DNA of 63,114 bases, filler included, from Octopus bimaculoides (taxonomy: Eukaryota), in NCBI RefSeq assembly GCF_001194135.2. It is 3 parts of 3 records of this genome, joined end to end, with 100 filler letters (N's around TTAATTAATTAA, not from the genome) between each part and the next. Parts side by side here need not be neighbours in the genome. Positions count along the whole stretch, not along the records: positions 30,590 to 60,186 come from NC_068983.1; positions 60,287 to 63,114 come from NC_068981.1; 1 more part is not named here. The stretch is one strand, 5' to 3'. A model generated the notes under the pieces. That model searched no databases. It saw only the letters and a program-made list of their open reading frames with translations, and was not told where the DNA came from. A program made the position numbers and the translations under genes. Positions within the stretch are counted from its first letter, which is position 1. Each line of letters starts with the position of its first letter. This document shows, piece after piece, positions 51,069 through 63,114 of the stretch.

Positions 51069-52562
51069 ATATGCGTTCTGGAAGTAGGTTTGACTTTTCT
51101 TAATATTATCATGATAACAATGATGATTGATGATGATGTTGATGATGAATATCTAGGTTCGAAAGACATGCATTTTTGCCTATGTATGGTGTCTCTTTAT
51201 GAATGTGCGTGTAAATACCTTTATATAACCACTCCCATGTATGTGAGTTTTATCACTAAGAGGGTGTTTCTGTGTGCTTGCGTTTCATGTTGTTAAGGAT
51301 CTTGCCTCCAGGAAACGGTATTTGATATTATGTGTCTAATGTTAATGGGATATTTGCAAGTACAGCAATCATTTGTGTTGGGTATTACTAACACAGATAT
51401 CTCTTTTATCACCAACATCTCAAAAAACCATCATCAAAAGCGTCAGCCTCAAAAATATAATCAACAACATGACTATTGTGCAACATCACCATATCAACCT
51501 CACACTGTCATCTTCGCTTCCTCACCATCCAAAGGGACATCGCCTCCACTACCGTCAAAACCCCCGTCATTATCATCACCGACATGTCATCGTCTTCACA
51601 ATTATCATAAGCAAGATGTAAGTAACGACAGCATCACCATAGGAACATCACTATATCATCTTTGTCACAATCTCCACAAACATAGCAACGTCAGCACGAT
51701 GTCAGATTCAGCATCAATGTATCAACATCGCAGCTTCACCGTTATCACCTTCATTACAACCATCATCATCATCACAACAAGAATTAACGTCACTGATATC
51801 GTAATCGATATGTCAACACACGCATAGCACCACCTTCATTATCATTATCAACACCATGAATAGCATCTCTGAAATATCATCATACTCACCGTTACCCTAG
51901 CGACAACATAATAATTATAAAGCAAACTTATCTTACACACAACTTCACATCATTGTCAATTGCAACAACTGTCTTCTCAGCAACACCAACTCCGACATTC
52001 ACGTCTATCCGTTGGTATTACGACAATAGCAGCATCAGACACTCTATACATCAAACATCATCACCATCGCTATCACCTCCAAAACTCTAACATCAACTTT
52101 ACGAAATTTAACAGGAATCTCAGACACTAATTCTTTAAAATATTTTAAATGCACTTTCAAATATGTAATAAAAAAATGCATTTCAAATTCTTGATATTTT
52201 TCTCAACTCTAGCTTGCCATTAGAAGAAAAAGAGGGTAAGTGTGATGCTACGCTATTATGGTAAATGAATATTCTATATACTGCAAGCTACAACGATTCC
52301 AGCATCAAATTCTATAATACTGATCTTTCTATCTACATTAGTATAAAGGATATTGCTGCCAATTTGGTTCTTGTAGTCTAAGGAGAAAATATTGATGAAT
52401 TAATGTATAGATTGATAAAGAGTAAGCTACCTAAATGGATAGATAGATAGATAGATAGATAGACAGATACATGGTGATACATAATTAGATTGATATTTAG
52501 ATAAATAGATAGATAAATACATACATGCATACATACATACATAGGTTGCGAGACAGACGGAC

Positions 52563-52615
<53 letters not shown>

Positions 52616-52616
<1 letters not shown>

Positions 52617-54100
52617 CTTTCTTTCTTGGCCACACAGGTCTGAACACAAAGGGGAGAAGTATAAATATAGAGCTTTTCTTTTCTAAATAGAAAAAAAGGA
52701 AACAGTGAGAAAAAAAGTATTCCGATCAAAAGAGATCGGGGTGGGGTGGGGGNNNNNNNNNNNNNNNNNNNNNNNNNNNNNNNNNNNNNNNNNNNNNNNN
52801 NNNNNNNNNNNNNNNNNNNNNNNNNNNNNNNNNNNNNNNNNNNNNNNNNNNNNNNNNNNNNNNNNNNNNNNNNNNNNNNNNNNNNNNNNNNNNNNNNNNN
52901 NNNNNNNNNNNNNNNNNNNNNNNNNNNNNNNNNNNNNNNNNNNNNNNNNNNNNNNNNNNNNNNNNNNNNNNNNNNNNNNNNNNNNNNNNNNNNNNNNNNN
53001 NNNNNNNNNNNNNNNNNNNNNNNNNNNNNNNNNNNNNNNNNNNNNNNNNNNNNNNNNNNNNNNNNNNNNNNNNNNNNNNNNNNNNNNNNNNNNNNNNNNN
53101 NNNNNNNNNNNNNNNNNNNNNNNNNNNNNNNNNNNNNNNNNNNNNNNNNNNNNNNNNNNNNNNNNNNNNNNNNNNNNNNNNNNNNNNNNNNNNNNNNNNN
53201 NNNNNNNNNNNNNNNNNNNNNNNNNNNNNNNNNNNNNNNNNNNNNNNNNNNNNNNNNNNNNNNNNNNNNNNNNNNNNNNNNNNNNNNNNNNNNNNNNNNN
53301 NNNNNNNNNNNNNNNNNNNNNNNNNNNNNNNNNNNNNNNNNNNNNNNNNNNNNNNNNNNNNNNNNNNNNNNNNNNNNNNNNNNNNNNNNNNNNNNNNNNN
53401 NNNNNNNNNNNNNNNNNNNNNNNNNNNNNNNNNNNNNNNNNNNNNNNNNNNNNNNNNNNNNNNNNNNNNNNNNNNNNNNNNNNNNNNNNNNNNNNNNNNN
53501 NNNNNNNNNNNNNNNNNNNNNNNNNNNNNNNNNNNNNNNNNNNNNNNNNNNNNNNNNNNNNNNNNNNNNNNNNNNNNNNNNNNNNNNNNNNNNNNNNNNN
53601 NNNNNNNNNNNNNNNNNNNNNNNNNNNNNNNNNNNNNNNNNNNNNNNNNNNNNNNNNNNNNNNNNNNNNNNNNNNNNNNNNNNNNNNNNNNNNNNNNNNN
53701 NNNNNNNNNNNNNNNNNNNNNNNNNGAGCACGCTTCCTAGTTCTGACAACGTATCCTTCGTGTTTGGCGTTAAATTGTGGGTCGAGGGCCAACCTTGCCG
53801 CCAGTACATTAGAGGCGATGCCAGTTCTAAGTGCCTCTTCTAATTTCTTAACTAGGTCTCCCTCTATTCTATTTCTTTCTAATGCTAGGGCCTTACTGTA
53901 CCTAACCGATTCAGCTTTAATTGCTTTCTTTAGGGCATACCACAATCTGTTCTTGATGATGGCACCCGTCAATGTTATCTTAACTAATGTGCTAATCCGG
54001 TCCCTGTAAGCCTGCTGGCGTACTGTCAATGACACATTCAGCTTCCAGTAACTGGGACCCTGCCTATGTGTCTTATTTAAGTCAAATGTACAAGTCACAA
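52616..54100 (-). mobile_element. Tx1/L1-like LINE fragment spanning a 973-N gap
   Basis: QGPSYWKLNVSL...W..LKKAIKAESVRYSK..ERNR resembles the post-APE linker of L1/Tx1 ORF2 (53726-54100). Assigning 52616-52752 as its 3' end is inferred across the gap. Confidence 0.65.
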
Positions 54101-54211
54101 ATGAGGGAATATATTGATATAAACAAGCAGAAATATAGATGCTATTCGTGTTAGAAATAATGCATGTATATATGTGTGAGTATAGTTGAAGATACACATC
54201 TATCTATGTCA

Positions 54212-54255
<44 letters not shown>

Positions 54256-54710
54256 GCATGCATGCACACACAAAACATCATATAAGCGTGTATGTGTGGG
54301 TGGTACGTGTGATTAAGGGTGGGTATTTATGTGATAGATAACCGGGTATTTGGAGAGTTAAGTAATAATCATGTATCTATCAATAAATAATATATATTAT
54401 ATAAGCATAATTTTTCACAAGCACTCTCACACGCATATATAGAATGATAATTTGTGTGTAAATGCATAAATATCCAGTTGTGTATAATATACGTACATAC
54501 TCACGTACACGTACACATATATTCAATACACAAACACCCCGCCCCTCACATATATGCATGGATTTTACATATATAATTGTCAATGCAATATTTGGGTTTT
54601 ATAAATATATTAATTGATCTCCGTTGTTGATTAGCATTCCATTTCGTCAATGGACCGCAGCTACCTACTCATTGTACTTTATATATAATTATATGCGGCG
54701 TATGCGCGTG

Positions 54711-54747
<37 letters not shown>

Positions 54748-56908
54748 ATATANNNNNNNNNNTATATATATATATATATATATAACATGAATATCTTTGT
54801 TTTGGGTTAGAGCTTTGTTGAGCGTGTCAGTGTGCATCTATGTGACTGTCTGTGAGCCTGTCTGCGTGTTTGTGTGCATCTTGATGAGAGTGATGAAGAA
54901 CTAAATGGATGTAGACTTGACTCTTTCAATCTCATCTCATCTCTTCGATGTAAATATTTTACTTTCTCAGCCTCATTTATTGCAATATGTGACACGAACT
55001 CTGTCTCATCAATAAATTGAACAAGTGCTTCACTAAGGAAAAAAAAAAAATTCAGTAAAACCTAAAAGCATCTAACCAAGATCCATGCTATGCTACGCAT
55101 GATAAATATGTTTTCACTTAAAAATAAATTACATCTAGCAATAATAGATGCTGAAGGTCTTCCTGGAGATTGAGCTATTGCAAATGAGAAGAAGTAAACT
55201 TTACTTAAATATTTTTTCTTTCATCATTTGTATACTTTTTTTATTATTATACGTATACACGATGTCTTTCACTCCACTCTCCATTCATACTCAGTATTTT
55301 AATTCGGATTTGATGTAAAAGCTGAACTAACAAGATGTCACATCTCTGCATGCAGCATGCATTAGAAGGTTTTCCTGTCGCCTTATTAAGGTAGGAATGA
55401 AACATACTTTTTTTCAGACGGCATGAAATTGCTCATATAGGGTTTTAGACATTTTTTTCTCAATCTTTGGACATTCTTAAACTTTTGTCTAAGCCATAAA
55501 AATACACAAATAGATTGAAATTATTTTAGCAAGAAGTGAAACCGTGTTACAGATTTAACTGAGGATTCTTTCGTTAAATATTTTAGTTGAACTTCATGTA
55601 ACTGTTGAAATTGGGTTATTGACTATTCTAACTTGAATTTTTTTGTATTCTATCTCATTGAGGTGAAATCTGTAATATTTAAGACACTCACATATACATA
55701 CGTTTACACACACACTTGCATACTCATATGCATAGACACATATATGTATATACATGTGAAACACATATGATAACATGTCTTTATGGATACTGTCTACATA
55801 TGTGTGTGTATATATACCTAACATGGCCTATGAATGACGGCACGTGAAAGTCACTGTCAAATATTTTATCTCTAAGATAAATAGTTATCTCTCCTACAAT
55901 TTATAAAACTGCATTTTATAAATTGTTAAATTGTTTCGCTTTTCTTGTTTGCCTTATCAAAAACTACTTTACATTCACGTTATCTTCTATTTCATTAAGT
56001 AGTTCTATATATTTCATAGCAGTCAAAAGATAATTAAATGAGATATTCGAAATTATGTGTGCAGTTATTTTATTTTACCTTAGAAAAGCCCTGATCGAGC
56101 AACCTTATGATCAAAGGCGCTCCAACCTAGACCATCTCATCTTTTTGTATACCATAGTTTATATTGTCCTAAACGCACTATATTGTCCTAAATGCTCTAA
56201 GATGTCTTTTCTGAGAAATGTAGCTCCTAATTTTAGCTAATCTAACGTGCAGGTACACGTGTTTCTCTTGGCCTCTACTGAGTGGTAATGCAATTAATTA
56301 TTCGAACTGTGGTTTGAAACCAGGTTGCAAGTTCGATTTACGGAACACTTATACATAAACTGTCGAATAAATGCGTTACCACACAGCGAGGAAATTTTTT
56401 CTCGTGGTGACTGCTAGAAAACAGCAAGAAAATCTACAACTCAGACACTAATAGCTTAAAAATCGATGTACAGAAATGGATGGTGGTAACTTTAAATACA
56501 ATAGATGTGATGACCGTGGCTGGAACATCATTATGCTAGAACTTCTTAGTGTCAGATTCAGCCTAGAGTTAAGTCGCAGCTACACCAGTAACAACAAATA
56601 TAGAGTTGCAGAATTTTGAAAGTGTAACAACCGTAGGTGATAAGATTCCAAGAACAAGTTCATGAATTGATGTAGAAACGATGGCTGATTCATGGATATA
56701 TAGTGACTTGATTACATGCATAAATAGACTATGGAAGATTATATATTTTTGAAGAATAGATAAGAAAGTCAATGATAGTTTGTCAGAAGATATCTCGAAT
56801 ACAAATAAACAAGTATTGAATTCTGTCGCCTTCCGTTCTACATTTCATTATGGTGGTAAATCTGTATCTTGAGAGCTGATTAGGGTGTAAATAATAGTGG
56901 CTACGAAA

Positions 56909-56939
<31 letters not shown>

Positions 56940-59116
56940 NNNNNNNNNNGCGTGAAAGTTTCTATGTTAATGTAATAATTGCTGATAATCTTAGTAAATC
57001 GTTACTCTGAATTTCATTTTATCTAAATTCGGACGGCCGTCTACTTGCAGATCAGTAACGCGAATCTCGGATTTGTGGTTTGTGCAGATTCTCCTGTTAC
57101 ATTAAAATGACACACAAAAATATAGAATACGAGTATCTCGAGTTTCAGGTATCTAATCTTGTAAATGATAATCAAAGCATGTTGCCTCTTAAATCATCCG
57201 TTGATGTCAGATGCAACAGGGTGAGATTCTTAGCGAAATTCAATGGAAGCACTAATATTTTTATTCCTTCAGTTAAAAACTAATATTAAAGTGTAATTTA
57301 CTTTTAGGTGTAGTATTCTTTAATTCATCAATTCTAGGGAATTCTATAGAAATTGATATGGGTGTGTATGAGTGTGAGCGTGCATGTCAGTGTGTGGGTT
57401 ATTCAATGTGATTATATTTGTATGAGTGTGTCTATATGTGTGCGTATATCTATATGTGTGTGTGTGTGCAAATATATCAATGATATATGTGTGTGAGTAT
57501 ATATATAGATATATACATACACGTGTCAGACACACGCGCGCACATATCCACACATACCCACAGATAACTCCTTTTACAATCTCCTGTCTAAGAAAGAAAT
57601 TTGTCCTTGTCCATCTCCTTCCGGTCATTCCAAAATGTAACTAAAGTGAATTTTTTACTTTCTTTTCATTTGGACATTTCTCTGTCTCCAGTTTCTGAAG
57701 AAAAGCTTTGCAGGAAACGTAAAGCACCCTTTCTTTCCTTCCGAGGGCGTCTTATTAATACATTGCATGTACAACGTTCTCGCGTTGTTGATTCTTTCTT
57801 CTGGAATTTTCGCTGTTTTTTGGATTAGTTGTTTTTTTTTTATTGTTTTTTTGGATTATTGGGTTGGCATTTGAGTGCCCATCGTTTTTCTAAATTTAAA
57901 GTTTTAAAAGGTTTAAGAAAAAATAACAGGTAATTATATGCGTGTATATATCTATATATATCTATATTTGTATCTAGATCTNNNNNNNNNNNNNNNNNNN
58001 NNNNNNNNNNNNNNNNNNNNNNNNNNNNNNNNNNNNNNNNNNNNNNNNNNNNNNNNNNNNNNNNNNNNNNNNNNNNNNNNNNNNNNNNNNNNNNNNNNNN
58101 NNNNNNNNNNNNNNNNNNNNNNNNNNNNNNNNNNNNNNNNNNNNNNNNNNNNNNNNNNNNNNNNNNNNNNNNNNNNNNNNNNNNNNNNNNNNNNNNNNNN
58201 NNNNNNNNNNNNNNNNNNNNNNNNNNNNNNNNNNNNNNNNNNNNNNNNNNNNNNNNNNNNNNNNNNNNNNNNNNNNNNNNNNNNNNNNNNNNNNNNNNNN
58301 NNNNNNNNNNNNNNNNNNNNNNNNNNNNNNNNNNNNNNNNNNNNNNNNNNNNNNNNNNNNNNNNNNNNNNNNNNNNNNNNNNNNNNNNNNNNNNNNNNNN
58401 NNNNNNNNNNNNNNNNNNNNNNNNNNNNNNNNNNNNNNNNNNNNNNNNNNNNNNNNNNNNNNNNNNNNNNNNNNNNNNNNNNNNNNNNNNNNNNNNNNNN
58501 NNNNNNNNNNNNNNNNNNNNNNNNNNNNNNNNNNNNNNNNNNNNNNNNNNNNNNNNNNNNNNNNNNNNNNNNNNNNNNNNNNNNNNNNNNNNNNNNNNNN
58601 NNNNNNNNNNNNNNNNNNNNNNNNNNNNNNNNNNNNNNNNNNNNNNNNNNNNNNNNNNNNNNNTATATATATATATATATATATATGTACATGTATATAT
58701 ATATATATAAGGCTATATATATATATATATATATACATATATGTATATGTATATATATATATATGTAATTATATGTGTGTATATATATGTATATGTGCAT
58801 TCGTATATATATATGTATATATATATGTATATATATACGTATATATATAAGTATGCAAGTATGTATGTATACAGGTATATGTGTATATTTGTATATTTAC
58901 TGCATGTATATATAAATGTACATTGGTAACAAACATGTATGTATATATGTATATATGAGTACATATGTAAATATATATGTATATATTTGTAAATGTGTAT
59001 ATCTATGTATATATATGTATGTATATGTATGCATATATATATATATATATTAACACGTGTGTTAATATGTCTGTATATACCTATATACGTATATTTATAT
59101 GTATGTATGTACATAC

Positions 59117-59156
<40 letters not shown>

Positions 59157-59298
59157 TTGTGTATGTATTAATATATATATATATACACATTTGTGTATGT
59201 ATTAATATATATATATATATATATANNNNNNNNNNNNNNNNNNNNNNNNNNNNNNNNNNNNNNNNNNNNNNNNNNNNNNNNNNNNNNNNNNNNNNNNN

Positions 59299-59344
<46 letters not shown>

Positions 59345-59353
59345 CTGTGTATG

Positions 59354-59391
<38 letters not shown>

Positions 59392-59970
59392 GATAATCAC
59401 ATCACGTTGATGCATAAGAAGAGTGAACGGGACTGTGCTAATGTGTAAATGTGCAAGATGAGTAATGTGTAATGTAATAAGTGATAGAAAGAGGAAAGTA
59501 TTTGAAATAAGATGAAAACAGATGGAAGTCGGTGGAATTGAATGAAAGAAAAGCAGGAGTGTGAGATTTGAAGAAACAGCTGATGGAAATAAGAAGAATG
59601 CGAAGAAGAGAGAATGAGTAAATTTTAAGGAGAAGAAGACATTTTGACAGTGAAACTTTTGTCGATGGTAATGGCATTAAAGCAAGGGGGAATAAATAAA
59701 TAAATATACAAATAAATAAATAAGTTGTTATGATGATGTGAATGATCATGACGGTGATGTTGTTGATGATCATATTTTGGATGATGATGATAATGAGGAG
59801 GGGAGAAGAATATCGATGAGAATGATGATGGATGTGATGACGTATGGTTGATTTTGTACATACGCAGGAATGGAATCGTTTGCGTTGCTTCAATGCCGTA
59901 TGAAGGAGCTAAGTCTCTCTTTTTTTCTTCTTTTTTTCTTTTGTTTTCTATTGATAAGGTTTCTTTTCAG

Positions 59971-60016
59971 GTAGAACTGTATAACCAAATCTTAGTGAAA
60001 AATCAAGATAGAAAAT
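59971..60016 (+). other. Possible 46-nt spliced exon
   Basis: Long pyrimidine tract, TTTTCAG acceptor, GTATGT donor, open frame VELYNQILVKNQDRK; not recognised. Confidence 0.2.
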
Positions 60017-60186
60017 GTATGTACTTTTTATATGCGACGCGCATATGTATGCAAGAGTGAATATATATATATATATGTATATATAATATATATACCACGT
60101 ATATATATGTAGTATGCATATAATATATATATATATATAATATATAGTATATATAATATATATATATATATATATAATATATAGTA

Positions 60187-60286
60187 NNNNNNNNNNNNNN
60201 NNNNNNNNNNNNNNNNNNNNNNNNNNNNNNTTAATTAATTAANNNNNNNNNNNNNNNNNNNNNNNNNNNNNNNNNNNNNNNNNNNN
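60187..60286. other. Artificial scaffold linker N44-TTAATTAATTAA-N44
   Basis: Identical to 30490-30589. Confidence 0.95.
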
Positions 60287-60481
60287 TATTTGAAAATTGG
60301 TTATGAAACACGTGTAATCTTTTTATTATATTTATCTTATGATATTTACTTTACTTTATATTATACTCATTTATTGTGCTTTTAATTATTAATTTTTCTA
60401 TATGTGATAGTGGATTTTCATCGATGAGTTCTTGAAAATTGGTTATTTTCCCTAAAACTATATATATATATATATATATGA

Positions 60482-60745
60482 TGATATGATGGCTGGCCAC
60501 TCGTGACCAAGGAAGACCATTGCTGACCTTCAGGAACATTGTGCGCTCTAACATATTTTGTATTTGCGGCTCTGTTGGTGGCTAATGAATCCTGCTCGTG
60601 ACAAGCATACACGACTGCAATCATTGCAAACTAGACTTTCCCCATTCACTGCACTAGCAGTGCGCTTTCGAGCAGCACGCTTAAATTTTTCATGCAGAAT
60701 AAGTGCCCTCTCAAAGGTGTCAGAATATGCCTCAGACATCTCTAA
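60482..60745 (-). mobile_element. RTE-clade LINE 3' end
   Basis: C-terminal KRAARK..LVCNDCSRVCLSRAGFISH Cys/His motif, then ATGGTCTTCC...CCAGCCATCAT short 3' UTR typical of RTE elements. Confidence 0.7.
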
Positions 60746-61449
60746 TGAAAGCGTTCAAGGACCCTTACATTGCGTTTGTAAAGGGTCTCACATACACACA
60801 TACATGCATACATACATACAATATAGACAGACAGACAGACAGACAGGTAAATATCGTTGAGACAAGCGAGAGGAGGAGAAAATGCTACAACGGAAAATAT
60901 GATTAACGTTCTCAAGTAAGGTTTTGCCGATGACGCGTAGTAGAATTGATGAGAGCAAAATATATGCTTATATATTTCATAGTGAAGACATGCTAGGACA
61001 TTTATTATTCGGAGAAAAGGAAGTTGTTCTAGCTTAGCTCGATAGATTGTAAAAGTAATCAATATCTGTCGTGCAAACCATGACGTCGCAATATGACGAA
61101 TAATATAATACTAGCCTCAGGATTTAGCTTTAGCAGGGTTAGATTTGTAAATTCGTTATCAAAAACTATGAAGCCAAGCAGTTGTAATGAAATTGTAGAC
61201 TTATCTATGAAATGCCTTTATGTAAGTCAGGCACAGTATAAAGTTATTTCATTGAAATATGTAGCAAATATATTGAATACCCTTGGGTGTGACGAGATTG
61301 TGTTTAACAAGGAATATGGAGATAGAGAAGTGATTTTGTCGATATATGTGAGTGGTTAGAAATGCAATAAGAATGAAAGTAATGCACGAAGGGAGATCTA
61401 TGAGAAGTATAACCAAACTATGTGTTGTACAAACGTTTAGCATATGATT

Positions 61450-62000
61450 TGCAGTTATTTTCACAACACACGTAACAATAGAAAGGAAAGATATGACATG
61501 AAAATTTCTAACTAGTTGAAAAATAAATTTCCTAGATTGGTCCCCAGATAGAGAATCACGTCGTGTTTTAGTGTTAACAGTAAAAACCTTCGTTTCGTAA
61601 ATGTTCTCAAGAGCATTGTCTGGTAAGTTACAAGATCAAATGTCTTGCTAATCTAAGTCTACCGTACGTGTGCCTCAGACCAAGAGGAAGATAGAGATAC
61701 TGTAGGCTGTAGAATTCTCCAAGTAATTACAGATAGCGTAAAAACCTTGTGTACAGATAAGAAAGAAAAATAAACATCAAGATTTAGTTGGCAGAATCAG
61801 AAAACTTTTGCTTATTTCTTTTTGTGAACAAGTCGTTATTGAGTTTCTAAACCTAAAGAAAATATATGTAAACGTTTAATCATTGCAATGGGCAATAGTA
61901 ATACAAAGATGACAGTTGAAAATAGTTGAAAGTTTGCTTCGTAAGATAAAAGAACATTGTATGGAATCTGTAATTATCTAGAGCATAATGGGTTTGATAA
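61450..62000 (-). mobile_element. Highly decayed LINE reverse transcriptase remnant
   Basis: DNYR..(61980 region) followed by ISKTFDLV (61670 region), echoing NYRPI and D.SKAFD.V; many stops. Confidence 0.35.
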
Positions 62001-63114
62001 CGTAAAAGTTGTAAATATAGAAGTACTTTGTACACTGCTTAAAAGGTGGAGTAAGAAGAAAAAGAGTAAAACATATGGAGTTGGAAATGAAAAAGCTGCA
62101 CTTCAATGAAATCGTCATGAAAGTGATCCTTCAAGAGCATTTTACTTTCAGAAATTGCCGAGAAAAAAGATTTGTAATTAGTAGAGTTACTCAAAGAATT
62201 TGATTAGAAGAAGCGACTATAATTCAATGGTCCAATGGAATAAATTAAATTCATGAATAATTAAATTAATTAATAATGCGGAATCGACTAAAAGGAGAGG
62301 GAGATTTGTGCAATCTCAAAATAAATATCAGATATCTTTCAATATCAACGAATCCATTAATAAATAATGTCTAAAATTCTGCAATGTACGTTTTATATCT
62401 GTGTGCAGTTAATATATATATATATATATATATACGTATTCCATGCATTACATACATATATAACATATATATATGTAGGCATGCTTATGTGTGCGTGAGT
62501 ATATATACATATATAAATATATATGTATACTTATATATATTCATATATACATATATACATATACATATATATATATATATATATAGATATAGATATATAT
62601 ATATATATACATACATATATATATAATTGTATATGTATATATATGTATATATATATATATGTGTATGTATATGTATTTATATATATGTATGTATATATAT
62701 ATGACATAAAAAAGCGAATGGTATATATATATATATATATATATATCATTCGCTTTTGTAAGTCATTATTACAAACGTCTGAAAATTTCTATTCGGTAAT
62801 TATCATGAATACCAATATTATATTCATTTTTAGAAACTACCAGCATGTTATAACCTGATTTTTTATTTGAATATTATAAGAAGTAAGACATCTTATTGAT
62901 AGAAAATAATTAACCTGAAAGAAATTCATGGAATGCATGTTTTTCTCACAATCATACACAAACTCACTTTGTGACTCTGATAGTACACATTATAGAGATG
63001 AAAATGCTGATATATATTACATACTTTTTTACTTGTACCAAAAATATATTGTTTTCAAATAAAGTTTTGATTTATATTTTTTGGTATTCTGGCCATGTAT
63101 ATATATATATATAT

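Noticed and set aside
51330-52100. 165-aa Ser/Thr/His-rich ORF
   Set aside because: Degenerate (CAT/CAA) low-complexity sequence.

Overview
AT-rich, microsatellite-saturated eukaryotic DNA with roughly 6 kb of N gaps and two artificial scaffold linkers. The SINE families look like those of Octopus (inferred from recalled SINE sequences, no database search). No host protein-coding gene can be supported; nearly all long ORFs in the track are simple-repeat or gap artefacts. The recognisable content is retroelement debris: at least four tRNA-headed SINE families; R4/Dong-like restriction-like-endonuclease (RLE) LINE fragments and a ~560-bp non-coding element, both sitting in (AAT)n tracts; two CRE-like fragments; Tx1/L1-like and RTE-like fragments; a fold-back MITE; and a 5'-truncated Penelope-like element (PLE) with an inverted partial pLTR. 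Best leads: (1) a complete minimal type I hammerhead ribozyme downstream of the PLE ORF (40303-40383); (2) a tRNA-headed SINE carrying its own minimal hammerhead of the same architecture (43551-43826, minus strand); (3) an isolated long hairpin with a plus-strand G-U bias (3854-4020); (4) the (AAT)n-confined non-autonomous element. All element calls rest on motif recognition by eye.
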